Assembly: GCA_051859245.1 (NCBI GenBank)
Contig: JBHYGA010000006.1
Coordinates: 160,001 to 224,000 of the forward strand
Length of the DNA: 64,000 bases
Source of the DNA: Gemmatimonadaceae bacterium
GTDB lineage: Bacteria > Gemmatimonadota > Gemmatimonadetes > Gemmatimonadales > Gemmatimonadaceae
Direction of reading: 5' to 3'
The translations under genes and the position numbers were made by a program. The notes beneath the pieces are model-generated. The model was not told the origin of the DNA and searched no databases. It saw only the letters and a list, made by a program, of their open reading frames with translations. Of this stretch, positions 58,229 through 64,000 are shown one piece after another; the stretch's first letter is position 1, and each line of letters begins with the position of its first letter.

Positions 58229-59446
58229 GTGCGCCGCCCCATTTTGCTTGCGCTCGCCCTGTGCGCCACGGAAGCGGCAGCGCAGGGTGTCGACTCAGCC
58301 GCTCTCCAGCGATTGGACGCTGCGGCGCGCGCGGCGCACTCCGATGCGCTCGTGGTGCTGCAGCACGGGCAGGTCGTGCGGTCCTGGGACGCGTCCGCCG
58401 CGCCCACGCCGATTCCGGCCATGTCGGTGACGAAGTCCATCGCCAATCTGGCGATCGGGCGGCTGCTCACCACGGGGCGGCTGCGTTCACTCGATACGCC
58501 GCTCGCCACCTTTTTTCCCGAGTGGCAGGGAGGACCGAAAGCCGCCATCACGCTTCGACACGTGATGGAACACACCTCCGGTTTGCGCCACAACCAGGCG
58601 TGGGAGCGCAGCCCGGATCGGCTGCGTCTCGCGCTTGAGGCCCCGCTCGAGGACGTGCCGGGCACGCGATACGTCTACAACAACACCGCGGTCGAGTTGG
58701 TGAGCGGTGTGGTCGCGCGCGTCACAGGACAGCCGCTCGATGCCTTCGTCGCCGCCGAACTCTTTCAGCCGCTCGGGATCCACGCCTTTGGCTGGAGCCG
58801 CGACAGCGCGGGCCTCGCCGGGGCCTATGCGGGCTTGGACATCCGGCCAGCGGATCTGGCGACGATTGGCCAGTTCGTGCTGCAGCGCGGGGCGTGGCAG
58901 GGCGTGCGTCTCATCCGCGCGGACTGGTTCGACCACCCGGCCGCACCGCCGCGTGAGGAACCCCGCGCCGCGCTGCTGTGGCACGGGATCCCGTCATGGC
59001 TCGCGTTCGTGATCGACGACGCGCACCTCGCCATGCTTTCACGTGCCGGAGTGGACAGCGGCTTTCTACGTGAGGCCCAGCGCGCCCGGGGCCGCTTCAC
59101 GTCGATACCCGCGCTCACGGGCGCGCTGGCGACGGTGTTTGGACCCAAATTCTATGAGGTCTTGCCCGCCCAGTTGAACGAGAGTCGCCAGACGCTGTAT
59201 CGCGTCGAAGCGGGCCCGATGATTGGCCTCGCGGCGTTCGGCTACCTCGGCCAACAGCTCATCATTCTGCCCGAGTCCGGTATCGTCGCGGTCCGTATGA
59301 TTCGCAGCCGCGCCGACTTTAATGCGGCCACCGACAGCTTCGATGAGTTCCCGACGCTCGTCCGCGCCCTGGTTCCCTCGCGCCCGCCTCTCCCGTCGTT
59401 GACCGTTCACGGGCGCCGTGGCGCAGGTTTGCGTCGAGGATCCTGA
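58229..59446 (+). CDS. Secreted serine hydrolase, beta-lactamase/transpeptidase-like family; start 58196 or 58229
   Basis: SVTK (SxxK), ITLRHVMEHTSG, YNN (YxN), GYLGQ. Confidence 0.85.
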   Translation: MRRPILLALALCATEAAAQGVDSAALQRLDAAARAAHSDALVVLQHGQVVRSWDASAAPTPIPAMSVTKSIANLAIGRLLTTGRLRSLDTPLATFFPEWQGGPKAAITLRHVMEHTSGLRHNQAWERSPDRLRLALEAPLEDVPGTRYVYNNTAVELVSGVVARVTGQPLDAFVAAELFQPLGIHAFGWSRDSAGLAGAYAGLDIRPADLATIGQFVLQRGAWQGVRLIRADWFDHPAAPPREEPRAALLWHGIPSWLAFVIDDAHLAMLSRAGVDSGFLREAQRARGRFTSIPALTGALATVFGPKFYEVLPAQLNESRQTLYRVEAGPMIGLAAFGYLGQQLIILPESGIVAVRMIRSRADFNAATDSFDEFPTLVRALVPSRPPLPSLTVHGRRGAGLRRGS

Positions 59447-59538
59447 CGCAAAGCTGCAGTGTACCCGATGGAAGCGGCCTCAGCTGGCCGTCGGCCGACA
59501 GCGTGTTGGCGCGCGGTCACTTCCACTTTTTCCGTATC

Positions 59539-60042
59539 ATGTCGATCACCGTTTTCCCGATTCGCGCGGGTGTCACGTCCGCCGCTGACCCGGCGTCCAC
59601 CGTGCTCCGCGTGCGTCTGTCGTCTCTCGTCCGGCGTGCCGTGTCTGCCGCTGCCACCGTTACCCTCGTACTCGCGGTTGCTGCCAAATCGGCGCAGGCG
59701 CAGGATCTGTCAACCCATGTACTTGATCTCGCCCAGGGCGTGGGGAGCGTCGGCGTTCCGGTCAAGCTGGAACAGCGTGTGGGTGAGGAGTGGCGGGAGG
59801 TGTCACGCGCCGTGACCGACTCCAGTGGTCGGGTGCGCGCCTTCACAGGAACGCGACGCGAAGCCGGCGTTTTTCGCCTCACGTTCGATATGCGCGCTGT
59901 TGCGGTCGCGCCAGCGTCGGGTGCGAAGCCGCGTCCGTTCTTTCCTGAGATCGTTGTCGTATTCGAGGTGCCCGATACCGCGCACTATCATGTACCGGTC
60001 GTCGTGAGTCCGTTTGGCTACAGCACATACCGCGGCAACTGA
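59539..60042 (+). CDS. uraH: 5-hydroxyisourate hydrolase (transthyretin-like), exported
   Basis: LSTHVLD, TDSSGR, FFPEI, HYHVP..SPFGYSTYRG; signal peptide ...AQA-Q. Confidence 0.88.
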   Translation: MSITVFPIRAGVTSAADPASTVLRVRLSSLVRRAVSAAATVTLVLAVAAKSAQAQDLSTHVLDLAQGVGSVGVPVKLEQRVGEEWREVSRAVTDSSGRVRAFTGTRREAGVFRLTFDMRAVAVAPASGAKPRPFFPEIVVVFEVPDTAHYHVPVVVSPFGYSTYRGN

Positions 60043-60221
60043 CGCGCGGACATGCGGTCGACTGCTGCGAAGCGAGCGCTGATCAATGGAGACCGCATAC
60101 GGACACGAGGTCGTGCGCACCTCATCGTGTGCACGACTTGGAGTCCCGTATGAAGAAACGCTGAAATAGAGCAGCGTACCGCCGACACCGGGGTGTGAAA
60201 CGGTCTACGGCGATGTTCAAC

Positions 60222-62873
60222 TCACCGCGGCGAACGCTGGCGCAGGTCGTTGAACCAGTTGAGCACCACCACGTTGGGCGTCGCCTCGAGGCGATCGATC
60301 GGGGTGACCAGCAGGAAGCGGGATCCGTCCGGCGTCACGTCGTAGCCTGCGGTGCGCCCCTGCGACGTGCGCCCGGCATCGGCGGCACGAAAGAGCAAAA
60401 CCGGTTCGCCCGCCTCACCGCTGGCTGGATCAAACGGCATCGCGTACACGGCGGATCCTTTGCGGTACACAAGCTCCCGTCCGCCCTTTGTGAAGCGCGG
60501 CTGGTCACCACCGTTGGCGGACACCTGGCGCCGCCCACCGCTGCCATTGAGCGCGCGCACGAACACATCGGAAGTGCCGGCCGGATTCATTTCGCCCCAC
60601 GCCAGCCAGCGGCCGTCGGGCGAGATATCGGCCGTGCGCTGCTCGGCGGCTCCCGCTTCGACGAGCCGTTCGGTGCCGAACACAAGGTCGCCGAGCATGA
60701 GCTGGCTGTTGCTGCCGATCCGCGTGAAGGCGACGGTGCGTCCATCCGGCGAGATCGCGAGCGGGACTTTGTCGTCGGGCGACGTGAGCGCAACTGAGGC
60801 CGCGGTCCCGTCGATCGGCTGTCGGTACAGGTCGTACTGCGGCACTTCGCGCGCGATGAGCAGCGACCGGCTGTCCGCCATCCACACTGGCGAGAACGAC
60901 ACGCCCTCCTCGCGGGTGAGCTGCGAAACCACTCGGCGGGTGTTGTCGTGCAACCAAACCTGGCGCTGCGGATCGAGACGCGTGATCGCCAGCCATCGTC
61001 CATCGGGTGAAAGGCGAGGCTCCGCCCATGCGCCCACGTCAGCAATGGCGGGTTTGGTGCTTCCGGCGCGGTCGGCCCACACCACGCGGCTCTCCGCGCG
61101 CCACTCCGAGGCGCGCACGTACACGAGCGTGCCGGTGCGTGAGACAGCGTAGCCCGCCGTGCCATTCGTGACGTTCATCGCGACGTCCTCCAGCGCCACC
61201 ACCTCCGGTCCGGTAACGCGTCGTGAGCCCACGTCGAACGGCACGGCGAACACCGTGTTGTCGCGCGCGTAGAGCAAGTGGCCGCTCGCAGCGTAGCGCG
61301 GAAAGATCGCCCCCTCCACAAGAACGGTGCGCTCGCCGCTCTCTATGTCGACGACCTCGATGCGTGAGCGTGCGAGTGGGGTGGCGTAACTGTTGAAGAG
61401 CACCGCGCGTCCGCCGGGCAGCGCCTGCGGATACCAGTGCCCGAACTCTCCGCGCGTCGTATCCAGCGTCGTCAGTCGGCGCACCGACCGACCTGCGCTA
61501 TCCAGGAGCTGCAGCCCCACCCGACTGCGAACAACAATCGTGCCGCCGTTGGGCAGCGCAGCAAAGCCCAGGGGGCTGGCAGTGTCGCTCACAACCGTGG
61601 GCGGACCGCCTGCTACCGGAACGCGCAGGAACTTCCCCCGCGCGCTGAAATAGAGCGAGCTTCCGTCGACGGAAAAGTCGATGTCACGCGCCCCTTCTGT
61701 GCCCGGCACCGCAAGGGTGGCCGCGCTGCCAAGCTCGCGAAGGATCACCCGATCGATGCCGTCGTCGTCACGCACGACCTGCGCAATGCGGCGCCCGTCA
61801 CCGGTGATCGCAACGTTCGGCCAGTCGGGCTGCGAGAGGATTGGACGATAGGCGAACTCGACGCGCTCGGTGATGCCCGTCTCGCGCGACGTGGCGGCAC
61901 GGATCGCCAGCGCTGTCGAAACAGCGGCCACGAGCAGACTCGCGATGGCGATGGCGCGCCAGGCGCCGGTCGCTGCCGTTCCACGCGCGCTCCGCCCGCC
62001 AGCGGCGGTGCGCGCACGTGAGGGTGCGACATCGTGTGCGGCCAGTGCCGTCGCGAACGCCGCGACGCTCGCGAATCGGTCGGCCGGCAGCTTCTCCAGT
62101 GCGCGCGCCACGGCATCGGCAACCGCCGGCGGCACCGTCTGACGCACCGACGAGACATCTGGCGCCGGCTCGGTGATGATCTTCATGATGATCTGCTGCG
62201 CGCTCGCCCCCGTGAACGGCGGCGCGCCGGTCAGCATCTCGTACAGCACGATTGCCAACGCGAACTGATCGCTGCGCGCGCTGATCTCCTTCTCCGCTGT
62301 GGCCTGCTCCGGGCTCATGTACTGCGGCGTACCGAGCGAAAGCCCTGTCTCGGTCATTCGCCCGGCGGCGGCGGCACTCACGGCGAGCGCGATGCCGAAG
62401 TCGGCCACCAGCGCGCGCCCGTCCTGCAGCAGGATGTTCTCCGGCTTGATGTCGCGGTGGATCACGCCCTGACTGTGCGCGAAGTGCAGCGCGTCGGCGA
62501 CCTCGATCGTGATGCGCACGGCCTCATCCACCCCGAGTTGCCGTTCGCGATCAAGGCGGCTGCGCAACGTCTCGCCGCTGATGAACGGCATCACGTAGTA
62601 CAGGAATCCGTCCGCGTCGCCGCTGTCGAACAGCGGCAGGATGTGCGGATGCTGCAGCGACGCGGTCGTGGTGATCTCCCGCAAAAAGCGCTCGGCGCCG
62701 AGTGCTGCGGCAAGCTCCGGCCGCAAGACTTTGACGGCCACCCGGCGCTTGTGCTTCAGGTCCTCGGCAAGAAAGACCGTGGCCATGCCACCCTCGCCGA
62801 TTTCCCGCTCAATGCGGTAGCGGTCAGCGAGGGCGGTGGCGAGCCGGTCCGTGCGGGCGATGGGTGCGTGCAC
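60222..62873 (-). CDS. Ser/Thr protein kinase with TM helix and TolB-like/PD40 propeller; start approximate
   Basis: IGEGGMATVF, VAVK, HRDIKPEN, DFG, GTPQYMSPEQ; repeated SPDGRW; VVLNWF end. Confidence 0.93.
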   Translation of the reverse strand: MHAPIARTDRLATALADRYRIEREIGEGGMATVFLAEDLKHKRRVAVKVLRPELAAALGAERFLREITTTASLQHPHILPLFDSGDADGFLYYVMPFISGETLRSRLDRERQLGVDEAVRITIEVADALHFAHSQGVIHRDIKPENILLQDGRALVADFGIALAVSAAAAGRMTETGLSLGTPQYMSPEQATAEKEISARSDQFALAIVLYEMLTGAPPFTGASAQQIIMKIITEPAPDVSSVRQTVPPAVADAVARALEKLPADRFASVAAFATALAAHDVAPSRARTAAGGRSARGTAATGAWRAIAIASLLVAAVSTALAIRAATSRETGITERVEFAYRPILSQPDWPNVAITGDGRRIAQVVRDDDGIDRVILRELGSAATLAVPGTEGARDIDFSVDGSSLYFSARGKFLRVPVAGGPPTVVSDTASPLGFAALPNGGTIVVRSRVGLQLLDSAGRSVRRLTTLDTTRGEFGHWYPQALPGGRAVLFNSYATPLARSRIEVVDIESGERTVLVEGAIFPRYAASGHLLYARDNTVFAVPFDVGSRRVTGPEVVALEDVAMNVTNGTAGYAVSRTGTLVYVRASEWRAESRVVWADRAGSTKPAIADVGAWAEPRLSPDGRWLAITRLDPQRQVWLHDNTRRVVSQLTREEGVSFSPVWMADSRSLLIAREVPQYDLYRQPIDGTAASVALTSPDDKVPLAISPDGRTVAFTRIGSNSQLMLGDLVFGTERLVEAGAAEQRTADISPDGRWLAWGEMNPAGTSDVFVRALNGSGGRRQVSANGGDQPRFTKGGRELVYRKGSAVYAMPFDPASGEAGEPVLLFRAADAGRTSQGRTAGYDVTPDGSRFLLVTPIDRLEATPNVVVLNWFNDLRQRSPR

Positions 62874-63017
62874 TCGAAGCGGGCGAGGGTAGCGAGAGAC
62901 GACTCGCCCGAAAATGCGCGGAGTCGTCGCAAACCGCCACGGATTGCGAAATGCGGTGTCGGGATGTTGCATATCGCGAAGGCAGGAGCGAGGACGTCCC
63001 CCTTTCCGGAGTCGATC

Positions 63018-63758
63018 ATGTCTACCACAAGACGGCAATTCCTCGATTCACTGGCGAGCGGTGCCGCTTCGATTGGCGTCACCACGTTAGGCGCCACCAC
63101 GCTCAGCGTAACCGCGCTGGGCGCCACCGCCGCCTTTCCGACTACCCTCCGCGCAATGCCGGCCGAGTTCACGGACCCCAGTGTGTCCGGGGCCGAGCAG
63201 CCGTCGTGGGAGACGCGCTGGACGGAGCGCTTGACTGGCCGGGTGCGCGCTGTGTTTGACGTCCCCGAAATCGAAAGCGGTTATGGCGTTTGGCGCGCGA
63301 GCGTGTGGGCTCGCCAGTACCAGGATGTGTTCGGAGTGCCCGCCAATGATCTCTCGACGGCGCTCGTCATCCGCCATAACGCGATCATCCTCGCGATGCA
63401 GCAGTCGTTCTGGGACACCTATGGCATTGGCAAGCGGCATAGCGTGACGCATCCAGCGACCCTGGAGCCGACGGACCGCAACCCGGCGCTGATGGGGTCA
63501 GGCGACGGGATCGAAGGGCTCCAGGTGGACTTTGCACTCGGCCCGTTCATGCAGCGCGGTGGCGTCGTGCTCGCCTGCAATGCCGCGCTGCAGGACCTCG
63601 TCCCTATGGTGCAGCAAGTGGACGGTGTGTCCGCAGACGAAGCCGGAGCGCGCGTGCGGCGGGGGCTCGTGCCGGGTGTAATTCTGCAGCCCTCGGGGGT
63701 CTTCGCGGTGATGCACGCGCAGCAGCAGGCAAAGGCGCTGTATATCCGCGCGAGCTGA
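63018..63758 (+). CDS. Tat-exported hypothetical protein, DsrE-like fold suspected
   Basis: GGAG RBS; TRRQFL Tat motif; RAVFD, VLACNAAL, PSGV..V..AQ. Confidence 0.7.
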   Translation: MSTTRRQFLDSLASGAASIGVTTLGATTLSVTALGATAAFPTTLRAMPAEFTDPSVSGAEQPSWETRWTERLTGRVRAVFDVPEIESGYGVWRASVWARQYQDVFGVPANDLSTALVIRHNAIILAMQQSFWDTYGIGKRHSVTHPATLEPTDRNPALMGSGDGIEGLQVDFALGPFMQRGGVVLACNAALQDLVPMVQQVDGVSADEAGARVRRGLVPGVILQPSGVFAVMHAQQQAKALYIRAS

Positions 63759-63818
63759 GCGGGTCTTTCTTGACAAGCCGCCCAGCGTCCCCGCTCGGCT
63801 GATTCGCGGAGGATACGA

Positions 63819-64000
63819 ATGAACGCAGCAGTTTTCCTCGTCATTACGCTTCTGGTTTCCTCCGCCTCGGCTGCCACGGCACAGCGCGCCGCTGGCTCCT
63901 CCGTTCCTCGCTATCCGCCAACGCGGACCGTGGACGTGGTTGACGACTACTATGGCATGGCCGTCCGAGACCAGTATCGCTGGCTCGAGAACCTGCGCGA
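63819..64000 (+). CDS. Prolyl oligopeptidase (S9A) N-terminus, truncated by window edge
   Basis: GGAGG RBS, signal peptide, YPPTRTVDVVDDYYG..V.DQYRWLE. Confidence 0.8.
   Translation, partial: MNAAVFLVITLLVSSASAATAQRAAGSSVPRYPPTRTVDVVDDYYGMAVRDQYRWLENLR

Larger units (their letters stand above)
48085..59511 (+). mobile_element. Integron gene-cassette array with no integrase in the window (CALIN-like), partly decayed; outer boundaries approximate
   Basis: Three intact and several degenerate attC-like elements (RYYYAAC...GTTRRRY with shared GCGTTGCTGC arm) separate short co-oriented ORFs; includes a higBA cassette. Confidence 0.82.

Noticed and set aside
58229..59446. Calling this a class C beta-lactamase (ampC)
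   Set aside because: It has SxxK and YxN but GYLGQ rather than KTG; only a family-level call is supportable
48085..59511. CRISPR array or REP repeats
   Set aside because: The repeats are long, imperfect, variable in length and separated by whole genes, which fits attC; no cas genes
59441..59511. attC site between the serine hydrolase and uraH
   Set aside because: TCCTGAC...GTTGGCG cores and arms are too degenerate to list separately; used only as the approximate array end
62034..63017. N-terminal 328 aa of the 574-aa ORF
   Set aside because: Antisense to the kinase domain; the real gene starts at 63018 with an RBS and Tat signal

Overview
GC-rich bacterial chromosomal segment, probably Gemmatimonadota (inferred from PEP-CTERM proteins, Hanks kinase/TolB-like fusions, 6-bladed propeller proteins and many lipoproteins). 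No rRNA, tRNA, CRISPR, transposase or integrase was recognised. Ordinary content: PIG-L protein, porin, two chemoreceptors, copper amine oxidase, PLP decarboxylase, BMP-type ABC transporter, nadB-nadA-nadC plus fahA, type II pantothenate kinase, peptidases, vapBC and a sulP-carbonic anhydrase-tetR operon. Three regions stand out. (1) About 9.2-9.9 kb: a tandem duplication of two self-contained transcription units. Each encodes a 65-66 aa PEP-CTERM microprotein with an identical signal peptide, a near-identical sorting tail and an unrelated 18-19 aa two-cysteine core. (2) 34.5-38.1 kb: an EVE-domain gene followed by four tandem paralogous 4-TM proteins that share an N-terminal helical domain and a C-terminal [FY]xTP(xP) motif. 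(3) About 48.1-59.5 kb: an integron gene-cassette array with no integrase in the window. It has three intact attC sites with perfectly complementary cassette ends, several decayed sites, a higBA cassette and mostly secreted cargo. All calls come from reading motifs by eye; no database search was run.
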